In this document: positions 18,041 through 27,358 of the stretch, piece by piece
Numbering within the stretch: position 1 is the stretch's first letter
Layout of the letters: each line of letters begins with the position of its first letter
Origin: Candidatus Micrarchaeota archaeon
GTDB taxonomy: Archaea > Micrarchaeota > Micrarchaeia > Anstonellales > Bilamarchaeaceae
Direction: 5' to 3'
NCBI GenBank assembly: GCA_040753215.1
Contig: JBFMEZ010000029.1
Span: 44,021-108,020, forward strand
Length of the DNA: 64,000 nucleotides
Position numbers and translations under genes: made by a program
Notes under the pieces: generated by a model
The model's database searches: none
Told to the model about the DNA's origin: nothing
The model's input: only the letters and a program-made list of their open reading frames with translations

Positions 18041-18643
18041 CTATATTTTCAATTCCAGCCTGCCCAGCTCCCGCCTTTCCGCCGTCTTATAGTTGCCAGT
18101 AGCAGGGTCCTTCGTCTGGTCATAGACCATAGTAAACACTATCGAGTCATCTCCGACTCTATATTCTGAAAATACGCGCCCGCATTGCCCATCATGGGGA
18201 TAGGGCTGATGGACTTCGCCAAGGTATCTAGGCTTCCCATCCCCCTCTTTCATTCCATAGAAGTAGATATCTGCTCCTGATGGAATAGGGGACCATCTGT
18301 ACCGATAAGCATAATTCCACAATTCGATTATACCTATTTTTTCCTGGCCGTCTCCACGCTCGAATACTTCCACACCAACCTTGTAATCCAGATGGCGACC
18401 TTGCGATGCCAATAGCTTTCCGAAGCATTCCAATTTTTCTCTCAGGTCGTCCGTCGTGAGTGCTCTTATAGCTAGCTTTGCCGTACTCAGTTCTCTTTCT
18501 AGCTCATATATGCGCTCATGGCCAGCGCGGTCAAGTGCGAAATCAAGCGCGAACCCCTCCAACAGCCTGAACGCGTTGCTTCGCGGCCTTTGGCTGCCTG
18601 CGCTTTCGGTTTTTGCCCGTTCGGTCGTCCCCCCATTTTTCAT
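18041..18643 (-). CDS. Hypothetical protein
   Basis: 200-aa ORF upstream of and co-oriented with the 17551-18030 gene. Confidence 0.55.
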   Translation of the reverse strand: MKNGGTTERAKTESAGSQRPRSNAFRLLEGFALDFALDRAGHERIYELERELSTAKLAIRALTTDDLREKLECFGKLLASQGRHLDYKVGVEVFERGDGQEKIGIIELWNYAYRYRWSPIPSGADIYFYGMKEGDGKPRYLGEVHQPYPHDGQCGRVFSEYRVGDDSIVFTMVYDQTKDPATGNYKTAERRELGRLELKI

Positions 18644-18707
18644 TTGCCATCACTGATTACAACACGCAAGCGCAATATTTATATTCTCGTGGTTACATAA
18701 TTACCAC

Positions 18708-19436
18708 ATGATAAACAAAGAAGCCCTTGAAGCCCTGGGCCTCACAGAAAACGATTCACGAGTCTGCATCACTCTGCTCACCCACGGCCCCCAGAGGGTT
18801 GCGGATTTGGAGAGGATCGTAGGGATACACAGGAGGAACCTCTACGACTCGCTCAGCAGGCTGGAAAAAATGGAAGTTGTCAATTCTTTCATCCGTAATG
18901 GAGTTCGCTATTTTCAGATTGCAAGCATGGATTTGCTGAGCGACATGCTCAGGAAGAAAGAAGAGGAGATACATGGGTTTCTTTCTGGAATAAAGAAGAT
19001 TGAGAGGGAGTACAGGATCCCCGAGGTCCACATTCTCTCCGGCGAGAAGGGAGTAAAGATGCTGCTCGACGACGAACTTAGGACCGGAAAACCAATATAC
19101 GGAATAGCTTCTTCAGGATTCGAGAAAAGGGTATGGGATTATCTGGCCAGGACGCCACATAGGATTCTTGCTGCTGACCTCCCAGTGAAACTGGTCTACA
19201 CCAAAAGCGATGTTGAAAACAGGAAAAAAGCGCTAAAATACGATTTCGTGGAAGTGCGCGTCGTTCCCGACGAATACAAATCCTCGGTTGCGCTGGAGCT
19301 CTACGGAGACACTTCCTGCATAATACTAGAAAATATAATCATAAGAATAAGGGACAAGGAGGTAAACCATAAGTTTATGATGTTCTTCAACTCCCTCTGG
19401 AAGATGAGAAAAAGAACCCAAGCTCCTCTTGATTAG
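18708..19436 (+). CDS. TrmB-family transcriptional regulator
   Basis: LEALGLTEND, GIHRRNLYDSLSRL wHTH, GEKGVK. Confidence 0.9.
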   Translation: MINKEALEALGLTENDSRVCITLLTHGPQRVADLERIVGIHRRNLYDSLSRLEKMEVVNSFIRNGVRYFQIASMDLLSDMLRKKEEEIHGFLSGIKKIEREYRIPEVHILSGEKGVKMLLDDELRTGKPIYGIASSGFEKRVWDYLARTPHRILAADLPVKLVYTKSDVENRKKALKYDFVEVRVVPDEYKSSVALELYGDTSCIILENIIIRIRDKEVNHKFMMFFNSLWKMRKRTQAPLD

Positions 19437-19484
19437 TATCAAAAAACATAACTTTATAAGCGAATTGTTATATAATTTGATACT
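19435..19484. promoter_or_regulatory. 9-bp inverted repeat bracketing a TATA box (putative operator)
   Basis: AGTATCAAA (19435-43) / TTTGATACT (19476-84) around TTTATAA. Confidence 0.6.
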
Positions 19485-20423
19485 ATGAACCTAACCAGAA
19501 GGGAAGCAGAGATATTGGATTATTTAATGGGCAAAAAAGCAAATTTCAGGGACGCAGCACGAGCTTTGGGAATAAAAAAACCCAATTTCTCAAATTATAT
19601 CAAAAAACTCGGGCGGTACCGCATGGTCAGCGTCTTCAGGAAAGGCCGGCTTAAAGAATTATCCTTGGAATATGGCCTTAGGTCCGGTTTTTTTGGGGCA
19701 AAGAAAAAACTGCCCCATATCAGATTAAGCCACCTCCTGGCAGGCATAACGCCATTTCTCCTCAGTTTCATCAAAACCAGACGAAGGTTTAGAATAAGCG
19801 ATTTGGATATTCCGCTCATATCTGCCAAGAGGCAATTAAAACAGCTAAGAAATCTAGGCATAGTTTTTATGCCATTTAGAGGAATATATGAATTAAGGGA
19901 AGAAGCCCTGCCTGCCGCGGAGTTTTGCAGGAACATCATTATGCAGATGCACGCCGCCGAAGCCGAACAAGAATTAAAAACCATCAACCAGGCATTTTTT
20001 TCATTTGACAGCGCCGAAGAATTAGAAGTTGTTTTTGTTACAGATCAGGATACCCGCCCAAAGCACTATTGGCCTACAGCCTACAGCGTGTTTCATAATT
20101 ATGGAATCCAGCTTATTTTAGCCGGAAAATACTATCACGCTAATATAAAGCCAAAGCTGGAAGACGTTATTATCCATACATTAGCCGTAAGCAGAGATGC
20201 GAGGAGCATAATGTACGTCGCTGCCCTTATGCTTAAAAATAAATTTGATTATAATAAATTGCTAAGAAAGAAACAGCGTTTTGACCTGCCTGAAGAATTT
20301 ATAAAAAACCTGATTGGATTTGTTGAATCAAAAGGAAAAAAAACCTTCGAAGGCTTTCCCTCATGGGAAGAAGTAGGGGATGTCGCATATGGAAAAACAA
20401 TTCAACGCGCAGTACATAGATGA
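19485..20423 (+). CDS. Winged-helix protein, putative antitoxin partner
   Basis: N-terminal HTH (FRDAARALGIKKPNFSNYIKKL); overlaps the nucleotidyltransferase gene. Confidence 0.7.
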   Translation: MNLTRREAEILDYLMGKKANFRDAARALGIKKPNFSNYIKKLGRYRMVSVFRKGRLKELSLEYGLRSGFFGAKKKLPHIRLSHLLAGITPFLLSFIKTRRRFRISDLDIPLISAKRQLKQLRNLGIVFMPFRGIYELREEALPAAEFCRNIIMQMHAAEAEQELKTINQAFFSFDSAEELEVVFVTDQDTRPKHYWPTAYSVFHNYGIQLILAGKYYHANIKPKLEDVIIHTLAVSRDARSIMYVAALMLKNKFDYNKLLRKKQRFDLPEEFIKNLIGFVESKGKKTFEGFPSWEEVGDVAYGKTIQRAVHR

Positions 20424-21015
20424 AGAATTTGGAAAGATAGGCGCACGGATCAGGAAACCCGTCAGCATCTATCTTATCGGCGGATGTGCGATGTCTTTTA
20501 GAGGCCTAAAAGAAACAACCCGTGACGTCGATATCGTCTTCAAGGATAAGAGCGATTGTAAGATATTTTGCGAAGCTTTATTTGGAGCCCAGTATTACGA
20601 GCCCATAACCATCAAAACAGAGCACGAGCATTTGCATGCGATAAAGATGTATGAAAATAAAGATGGTTTTCATTTGGATTTATTCATAAAACAGGTAATC
20701 CGAAAGCTTATGCTGTCCGAATCCATGGTCGCAAGAGCCAAATTCTATAAGAAATATGGCGGCTTGTCGGTTTATTTGCTTTCAAAAGAGGATATTTTCC
20801 TTTTCAAGGGCTTGGCAAGTGAAGGCAGGGAAAGAGACCTGCCAGATATGCAGGTTTTATACCCAAACCTTGACTGGAAAATGATACTGGAGGAATTGAA
20901 ATCCCAGCATTTATCAGGGGATTTAAGAGAACTTTTCGCCAGGCGCCTTGCGGCATTCAACCAAAAATACAGGCTGGATGTTCCAATATTAAAAGATTTG
21001 AAAGGGAAACTATGA
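20389..21015 (+). CDS. Pol-beta-fold nucleotidyltransferase (AbiEii/DUF6036-like)
   Basis: LIGGCAM...TRDVDIV and K...GRERDLPD motifs. Confidence 0.8.
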   Translation: MEKQFNAQYIDEEFGKIGARIRKPVSIYLIGGCAMSFRGLKETTRDVDIVFKDKSDCKIFCEALFGAQYYEPITIKTEHEHLHAIKMYENKDGFHLDLFIKQVIRKLMLSESMVARAKFYKKYGGLSVYLLSKEDIFLFKGLASEGRERDLPDMQVLYPNLDWKMILEELKSQHLSGDLRELFARRLAAFNQKYRLDVPILKDLKGKL

Positions 21016-22343
21016 ACATAGAATCACATGCAAAACCTAGATACTTATACCACGGAAGCCCCCATGAAATCGAAGGCGATAAACTTTTTCCCGGGCAGGC
21101 CCGCTCCCTAGGCAACAATCCTGAAAACCTGCATTTCGGCGTTTATGCCACAGACATAAAAGATGCCGCCATCACAATGGCGATAATCCGCTGCAGGGGC
21201 GTAGGCTCTTCCTGGTGCTCTTTTGGCGGCAAGCCCCCCTACGGCATAATTATAGAAGGTTGGCCCCAACAGGAATATTTCTACCTCTATACGCTCCCCT
21301 CAGCTACATTCGAAAAAACACACGAAAGAGGGGGGCAATGGGTCTCCCACGAACTAGTTAAACCCCTGAAGGTAGAGAAGCTCAGCGTTTCAGATTATCT
21401 TCATTTAGTCAGAAAAGCCACAGAAGAAGAGAAAAAAGACTGGTTCGAAAGATTCGGAAAGAAAATAAAAGAAGAGAGATCCAAACTCATAGAATCCCTC
21501 CTCAACAATTCCGTAGTCATAATTGACAAGCCCTGCGGCCCCACCTCCCACGAAGTCTCATCTTGGGTTCGGAAGCTCGCAGGCCTTAAGCGCACCGGCC
21601 ACGCAGGCACCCTGGACCCCAATGTTTCCGGCGTCCTCCCAGTTGCCCTCGGCCGCGCCACCAAATTGCTCCAATACATCGCCGGAAAGCGCAAATCCTA
21701 CGTATGCATCGTCCGCTTCAAGAACGACCTCACAGATGCCCAGCTTGAATCCCTCTTTTCCAAATTCCGCGGCGAAATCACCCAAACCCCGCCCAAAATC
21801 TCCGCAGTGCGCAAAATCCCCCGCAAGCGCTTCGTCTACGAGCTCCGCGTCCTTGAAAGGGAAGGCAAAAAAGTCCTCTTCTACGCAGATGTGGACGCAG
21901 GCACCTATATCCGCACCCTCTGCTCTGACATGGGCAAGTTCACAGGAGGTTCCAGGATGGAGGAGCTGCGCCGCGTCGCTGTCGGCAACATTTCCGAAAA
22001 GGATGCAGTCACCCTCCAGGATTTCTCCGATGCCCTATACGCATACAGGGAGAGGAAAAACCCCTCCCTACTCCTTAGGATTCTCCACCCTCCCGAAGAG
22101 CTCATAGATGCGAAAAAGGTGTCCATCCGCCCCTCTGCAGCCGAAGCCCTCATGCACGGCGCCCAGCTCACCGCACCCGGGGTCGAATCCCTGGACGATT
22201 CCATCAGGAAGGAAGAAATAGTCAAAATCTACTGCGGAGACCGCTTCATCGGCATGGGAAAGACCATCTTTCCCGCCCGCAAGATAAAGGAAAGGACGCA
22301 TGGATACGTAGTGAATATAGAGAGGATACACGCTACAGAATAA
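21012..22343 (+). CDS. cbf5: Pseudouridine synthase Cbf5/TruB fused to an ~150-aa N-terminal extra domain
   Basis: IDKPCGPTSH, GHAGTLDPNVSGVL, GTYIRTLC, MEELRR, PUA domain. Confidence 0.93.
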   Translation: MNIESHAKPRYLYHGSPHEIEGDKLFPGQARSLGNNPENLHFGVYATDIKDAAITMAIIRCRGVGSSWCSFGGKPPYGIIIEGWPQQEYFYLYTLPSATFEKTHERGGQWVSHELVKPLKVEKLSVSDYLHLVRKATEEEKKDWFERFGKKIKEERSKLIESLLNNSVVIIDKPCGPTSHEVSSWVRKLAGLKRTGHAGTLDPNVSGVLPVALGRATKLLQYIAGKRKSYVCIVRFKNDLTDAQLESLFSKFRGEITQTPPKISAVRKIPRKRFVYELRVLEREGKKVLFYADVDAGTYIRTLCSDMGKFTGGSRMEELRRVAVGNISEKDAVTLQDFSDALYAYRERKNPSLLLRILHPPEELIDAKKVSIRPSAAEALMHGAQLTAPGVESLDDSIRKEEIVKIYCGDRFIGMGKTIFPARKIKERTHGYVVNIERIHATE

Positions 22344-22349
22344 GAAGAA

Positions 22350-22432
22350 CGCGAAGGGGGAGATTTGAACTCCCAATCCCTTGCGGGACATGCTTTCCAG
22401 GCATGCGCACTACCGGGTTATGCGACCTCCGC
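22350..22432 (-). tRNA. tRNA-Ser(GGA)
   Basis: GCGGAGG acceptor, anticodon arm CATGC-CTGGAAA-GCATG, long variable arm, GTTCAAATC; CCA not encoded. Confidence 0.95.
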
Positions 22433-22433
22433 T

Positions 22434-22541
22434 CTCCTTTTTGCCATCGTGAACCTCGGCCTCTGCATCGCTGCGGCGATGTCTGGCGAAGTTCTGCGGA
22501 ACTTCACCATCGCTCGGTGCAAAAAGGAGTCCAAAAACCCC
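22434..22541. repeat. Palindromic element upstream of tRNA-Ser(GGA)
   Basis: CTCCTTTTTGC/GCAAAAAGGAG 11-bp IR enclosing two cTGCGg hairpins, then CCAAAAAC. Confidence 0.75.
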
Positions 22542-22793
22542 AAGCACCTTCACGCTGGCGGCGAAACCGGAGCCCAAAAACCCCAGACAAAAGGGATTAC
22601 TATAACGCTGCGTTTCCCTTTTATTCTTTTGCCCGTTAATTCGCGTTTTTTTCTCCCGTTTCTTCCCTCTTCCCCCGCCCAACACCCTTTTTAAGCATTT
22701 CTACGGAATATTCTCTCTACGCGTGTTCTTGCGTTCAGAGAATATGAGCCTTAACCCATTTCCTCTCGCGCGAGCCACGCATTTGGTGATTAT

Positions 22794-23519
22794 TTGGGAA
22801 GTAAAAAGAAAATACAGAAAAAGGCCCCGGAGGAGGAAAAGTCCGCCGAGGTAAAGGTGGAAGAGAAGAAGAAAGCCAAGCCCGCCCCGAGGAAGGAGGA
22901 GGCGCTCGAGCCCGGGCTCCGCGGCATCGTCCGCGTAGCGGGCAAGGATATGCGCGGCAATCTCAAGCTTTCAAGGGGGCTTATGCGCGTGCGCGGCTTC
23001 GGCCACACGATGAAGAACGTCGCAGCGAACGCCATAGCGGAGGAGCTCGGCATATCCCCCACCGAGAAGGTCGGGAAGCTCTCCGATGAGCAGATAGAGC
23101 GCATAGACAAGCTGCTCACCACCCTGCACACAAAGAACGTCCCGCCCTACCTCCTGAACAGGAGGAAGGACCCGGACACAGGCAAGGACGTCCACGTAAT
23201 AATGAACGACCTCGCGTTCACGCAGCGCCAGGACATAGAGCGCGAGAAGAAGCTCTACACCTGGAGGGGGTATAGGCACGCTTACGGAAAGAAGGTGCGT
23301 GGCCAGAGGACACGCAACACCGGAAGGAAGGGGATGGCCCTGGGAGTGATGAGGAAGACCATCCTCGCGGCAGCAGCCGCAGCCAAGGCGGGCGCAGCGG
23401 GCAAGCCCGGAGCGCCGGGGGCACCGGCCGCAGGTGCGCCCGCAGCTGGTGCGCCGGCCGGTGCGGCAGCTGCGCCAAAGGCAGCGCCGGCACCAGCCGC
23501 AAAAGAGGCCAAGAAATAG
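22794..23519 (+). CDS. rps13: 30S ribosomal protein uS13 with charged N-terminus and Ala/Pro/Gly tail
   Basis: LNRRKD, WRGYRH, VRGQRTRNTGR; TTG start after GGTGAT. Confidence 0.96.
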   Translation: MGSKKKIQKKAPEEEKSAEVKVEEKKKAKPAPRKEEALEPGLRGIVRVAGKDMRGNLKLSRGLMRVRGFGHTMKNVAANAIAEELGISPTEKVGKLSDEQIERIDKLLTTLHTKNVPPYLLNRRKDPDTGKDVHVIMNDLAFTQRQDIEREKKLYTWRGYRHAYGKKVRGQRTRNTGRKGMALGVMRKTILAAAAAAKAGAAGKPGAPGAPAAGAPAAGAPAGAAAAPKAAPAPAAKEAKK

Positions 23520-23528
23520 GGTGTATGA

Positions 23529-24086
23529 ATGGGAGACCCAAGGAAATTCTCAAACAAGTACGAAAAGCCCAAGCGGCTTTGGGACGTCAGCAGGCTCAAG
23601 GAGGAGAAGGGCCTGAAGGGCGCCTACGGCCTCAAGAACATGAAGGAGCTCTGGGTGATGGGCAAGGAGCTCAAGAAGGCGAGGCGTGACGCCCGCCGCC
23701 TGCTCTCCCTTTCCGAGGAAGAGCGCAGGAAGGACATGCCCAAGCTCATGGGCAAGCTCCACAAGCTGGGGATTCTTCCCCGGGACGCAAAGGTCGAGGA
23801 TGTGCTGTCCCTTTCCGTGAAGGATGTCCTTGAGAGGAGGCTGCAGACCCGCGTGGTCCGCAAGGGGCTCGCAAAGACGATGGCGCAGGCGCGCCAGCTC
23901 ATAACCCACGGTTTCATTGCAATCTCCGGGAGGAAAGTCTCCTCGCCCAGCTACCTCGTTTCCCATGATGAGGAGGCCGGCGTATCATATTCAAGGCCAA
24001 TAGAGCTTGAGCCGGCCGCACCGGTCGAAACCGCAGAAGAAAAGGCCGGGGAGAAAGAGGAGGAGAAGCCAGCCGAGGCCGCCTAA
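23529..24086 (+). CDS. rps4: 30S ribosomal protein uS4
   Basis: [26 protein letters not shown]. Confidence 0.97.
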   Translation: MGDPRKFSNKYEKPKRLWDVSRLKEEKGLKGAYGLKNMKELWVMGKELKKARRDARRLLSLSEEERRKDMPKLMGKLHKLGILPRDAKVEDVLSLSVKDVLERRLQTRVVRKGLAKTMAQARQLITHGFIAISGRKVSSPSYLVSHDEEAGVSYSRPIELEPAAPVETAEEKAGEKEEEKPAEAA

Positions 24087-24097
24087 GGTGTAATCCT

Positions 24098-24637
24098 ATG
24101 CCAGAAGAAAAAGAGAAAATAAAGGAGGAAGCCCCCAAAGAGGAGGCAAAGCCCGCCGAAAAGAAGCACGAGCCGGAACCGGGAACCGTAAGCGTGAAAC
24201 CGGAAACCGGAAAAGCCCCTCCTGCGGAAGCGGAGAAGCCGAAGGAGAGGAAGCGCGGCAGGCTCGCGGTGGTGCACGTCTATTCTTCCAAGAACGACAC
24301 GATAATAACCGCCACAGATGTAAGCGGAGCGGAAACCCTCGCATGGTCAAGCGGCGGCATGATGGTCAAGTCTTCCCGTGAGGAAGGCAAGCCCTACGCT
24401 GCGATGCAGGCAGCCGCCAAGCTGGTAAACCAGCTCAAGGACAAGGGCATAGATACAGTCCACATAAAAATCCGCGCGCCCGGCGGAAACGGCTCCAAGA
24501 CTCCCGGAGGCGGCGCCCAGGCAGTCGTCCGTACAATCGCGAGGATGAAGATGCGCGTAGGGAGGATTGAGGACGTGACCCCGCTGCCCACCGACTCCAT
24601 GAAGAGGGCGGGCGGAAGGAGGGGCAGGAGGGTGTGA
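24098..24637 (+). CDS. rps11: 30S ribosomal protein uS11 with N-terminal extension
   Basis: [31 protein letters not shown]. Confidence 0.97.
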   Translation: MPEEKEKIKEEAPKEEAKPAEKKHEPEPGTVSVKPETGKAPPAEAEKPKERKRGRLAVVHVYSSKNDTIITATDVSGAETLAWSSGGMMVKSSREEGKPYAAMQAAAKLVNQLKDKGIDTVHIKIRAPGGNGSKTPGGGAQAVVRTIARMKMRVGRIEDVTPLPTDSMKRAGGRRGRRV

Positions 24638-24639
24638 GC

Positions 24640-25320
24640 ATGGAACTCGAAGCCATCACCGAAACCGGAAACCGCCTCTCTTTCAGGGCAAAGGGCATGC
24701 CCCTGGTGCTTGCCAACGCTATAAGGCGCTATTCCATAAACCACGTTCCCGTGATGGCGATAGACAAGGTAACGATGTACGAGAACTCATCGCCCATCTT
24801 CGACGAATACATCGCGCACCGCATAGGCATGCTGCCCATAAAGACCCCGAAGAGCCTTCCCGCCTCCGCGGAGGTCTCCTTCGTCCTTGACGTGCAGGGC
24901 CCTAAGGTCGTTTATGCAGAGGAGCTCAAGAGCAGCGACGCCGGCATAGTCGTCGCCGAGCCCCGCATCCCCATCGTAACCCTCACCGAGAGCCAGTCCA
25001 TCCGCCTGGAGGGAAAGGCCGTTCTGGGAATCGGCAGAAAGCACGCAAAATTCCAGGCGGGCATCGCCTCCTACGATGAGCAGGAGGACGGCACGCTGCT
25101 TATGAAAGCGGAAAGCTTCCTCAACATGGGCCCCAAAGACATGCTCGTCCGCGGCTGCAAGGCCCTGGAGGAAGACCTTGAAGAGCTATCCGATGAGCTG
25201 GGCGCCCTCTCCGGCAAGAAGAAAAAGGCAAAGAAGAAGGGAGAGGAAGCGCCAGAAGAGAAAAAGCCGAAGAAGCCCAGGGCGAAGAAGGCCAAGAAGG
25301 AAGAGAAGACCGAGGAATGA
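24640..25320 (+). CDS. rpoD: DNA-directed RNA polymerase subunit D (Rpo3)
   Basis: ANAIRR, DEYIAHRIGMLP, HAKFQ. Confidence 0.95.
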   Translation: MELEAITETGNRLSFRAKGMPLVLANAIRRYSINHVPVMAIDKVTMYENSSPIFDEYIAHRIGMLPIKTPKSLPASAEVSFVLDVQGPKVVYAEELKSSDAGIVVAEPRIPIVTLTESQSIRLEGKAVLGIGRKHAKFQAGIASYDEQEDGTLLMKAESFLNMGPKDMLVRGCKALEEDLEELSDELGALSGKKKKAKKKGEEAPEEKKPKKPRAKKAKKEEKTEE

Positions 25321-26270
25321 CCTCTTCCGAATTCACTCCCGAAGTCCGCAAGCAACTCCTGAATAAGCAATATGGATTGGCCGGAAGGCACTCCGCGGTG
25401 CAAATCTGTTCCTGGACAAAGAAATCCCTTAGAGGAAAGGGCTCTTGTTATAAGCAAAAATTCTACGGAGTGGAAACCTACAAATGCTGCCAGATGAGCC
25501 CCTCCGCCGCATGGTGCCAGCAATCCTGCGTCTTCTGCTGGAGGCCGATGGAGTGGATGAAGAAATCCTTTTCTTTGAAGGAGGAAGCCGATTCCCCCGA
25601 GCAAATAATAGAATCCTGCCTCGCCTCCCGCAAGAAGCTTCTCTCCGGGGTTGGCGGCGCCGCAGATGTCGACCGCCCCCTTTTCCAGAAATCCTTTTCC
25701 GAATTCCCTTCCCATTGGGCTATTTCCTTATCTGGCGAGCCCACCCTTTACCCAAAACTCCCCGAATTGGTAAAAGCAATCCGCGCACATAAAGAAACCA
25801 AAACCATTTTCGTAGTCTCCAACGGCCAGGAGCCCTCCATGATTAAGAAATTGAAAGGAACGGGCCTCACCAACCTCTACATCTCCGTTGATGCCCCCAC
25901 CTCCGCCCTATTTAGGAAAATAAACCGCTCCATCTACCCAAATGGCTGGAGCCGCCTAAAGCGCTCCCTCTCCCTTCTCCGCACAATGGACTGCAACACA
26001 GTAATCCGCTTCACAGTAATAAAGGGAATAAACGACCTTCCCCCCATGCTTCCAAAATACGCAAAGCTCTTCTCATCCGCCTCTCCCACTTATATAGAAG
26101 TAAAAGCCTACATGTTCCTCGGCTACTCCCGCCTCCGCTTAAAGGAAGAAAACATGCCTTCCCACGAATACATAAAGGAATTTTCTTCCCAGCTTCTGAA
26201 GTTCCTCCCTTCTTATAAACTCAGGGATGAGTGCGCTGATTCGAGGATAATTCTTCTAAAGAGTAAATAG
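25317..26270 (+). CDS. taw1: 4-demethylwyosine synthase Taw1/TYW1 (radical SAM)
   Basis: HSAVQICSWT, CYKQKFYG, CQQSCVFCWR, AISLSGEPTLY. Confidence 0.93.
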   Translation: MTSSEFTPEVRKQLLNKQYGLAGRHSAVQICSWTKKSLRGKGSCYKQKFYGVETYKCCQMSPSAAWCQQSCVFCWRPMEWMKKSFSLKEEADSPEQIIESCLASRKKLLSGVGGAADVDRPLFQKSFSEFPSHWAISLSGEPTLYPKLPELVKAIRAHKETKTIFVVSNGQEPSMIKKLKGTGLTNLYISVDAPTSALFRKINRSIYPNGWSRLKRSLSLLRTMDCNTVIRFTVIKGINDLPPMLPKYAKLFSSASPTYIEVKAYMFLGYSRLRLKEENMPSHEYIKEFSSQLLKFLPSYKLRDECADSRIILLKSK

Positions 26271-26287
26271 AAAAGAAATAGAGCCCA

Positions 26288-26743
26288 CTATTCCATGCTA
26301 TTTTCCATCAGTATAATAGGTGGCCTCGCAGGGATATCAGTTAAGTTATAATCGCAAGGTGCCATATTTATCATCTTTAGCATCGGGTCCGTACAGAACA
26401 GCGCCTCGATTGTCTCATTCCTCGCATCCCTTGGCATCTCAGGCAGCATTCTCAGGATCTCTCTCCTCAGGTCAATCTCAAGCCTAATCCCTTCCATTAG
26501 CAATTCCCTCTCTTCCTGCGGAGTCATCTTCGGCTTCTCCATCACAAGCGTAACCTTTTCTCCGTCAGCAGTAGTAAATTCGGTAGGCATCCCGCGTGCG
26601 AGAGACCTCGCCTCTTCCATGCCGCTGCGCCTCGCCCTGCCCGGCACGCGCTCAAGCAACTTTCCCTGAAGATTCGGGCCGCCCGTCCTTCTCTCAGCCT
26701 TGGCTCCCTCTTCCCCTCCAGTCAATTTAGTAGTGTCTACCAT
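26288..26743 (-). CDS. Hypothetical protein
   Basis: 151-aa ORF filling the gap. Confidence 0.5.
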   Translation of the reverse strand: MVDTTKLTGGEEGAKAERRTGGPNLQGKLLERVPGRARRSGMEEARSLARGMPTEFTTADGEKVTLVMEKPKMTPQEERELLMEGIRLEIDLRREILRMLPEMPRDARNETIEALFCTDPMLKMINMAPCDYNLTDIPARPPIILMENSME

Positions 26744-26813
26744 GTGTATATAGTGTTAGGAAATGTATGCAGCAGCCCAAATCAAAATAATAAAAAAAGA
26801 AAGGCGGAGGCCA

Positions 26814-27278
26814 TCACTCCGCAATTTCCACTTCCAAAGGCACTTCTTCCGGAAGAGGCACCCCCTCAAACGGAGGCTTTTCTCCCAGCGGAGGCTTCTT
26901 CCCGTGCTTCCACTTCTTAAAGTGCTCCTTCGCCCCGGGCTGTGGCAGTATCTCCTGTAGCCTCTCCTTCACAAGCTCCCTGAGCTCATCCTTGAGCTGC
27001 ACCGCCTTCACCCAGTCCCCGTCCTTCATGGCCTGGAAGATTTCCGCGTGCAGCCCGAATATCTCCGGAGTCGCAATCTTCATCATCTTCCCGCCAATCC
27101 CGTACTCCTCGTTCAGCGCCTTCGCCGTCTCATAATCCCCGGTGTGCACCGCTTCCATCCACTGCGCCCTTATCTCTATGGGCAGCTCCTTCTTCTCCAC
27201 TGTTTCCGCATCCGCCGCGAACCCCATCCCCAAAAGGAGGAGCATCGCAAGGACGCCAGCTTTCATTTTTCCTTCCAT
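26814..27278 (-). CDS. Hypothetical secreted protein
   Basis: Signal peptide MKAGVLAMLLLLGMGFA. Confidence 0.65.
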   Translation of the reverse strand: MEGKMKAGVLAMLLLLGMGFAADAETVEKKELPIEIRAQWMEAVHTGDYETAKALNEEYGIGGKMMKIATPEIFGLHAEIFQAMKDGDWVKAVQLKDELRELVKERLQEILPQPGAKEHFKKWKHGKKPPLGEKPPFEGVPLPEEVPLEVEIAE

Positions 27279-27358
27279 TCAAATCACCTGAAGGAAGAAA
27301 TTTTCCGGCTTATAAATAGATTCCCCGAACTAAGCCCCAAATTGCCCCGCAATTCCCC

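Noticed and set aside
22434..22690. RNase P RNA between cbf5 and rps13
   Set aside because: No GAGGAAAGUCC-type or AGAA..CGGCUUA-type conserved regions seen on either strand
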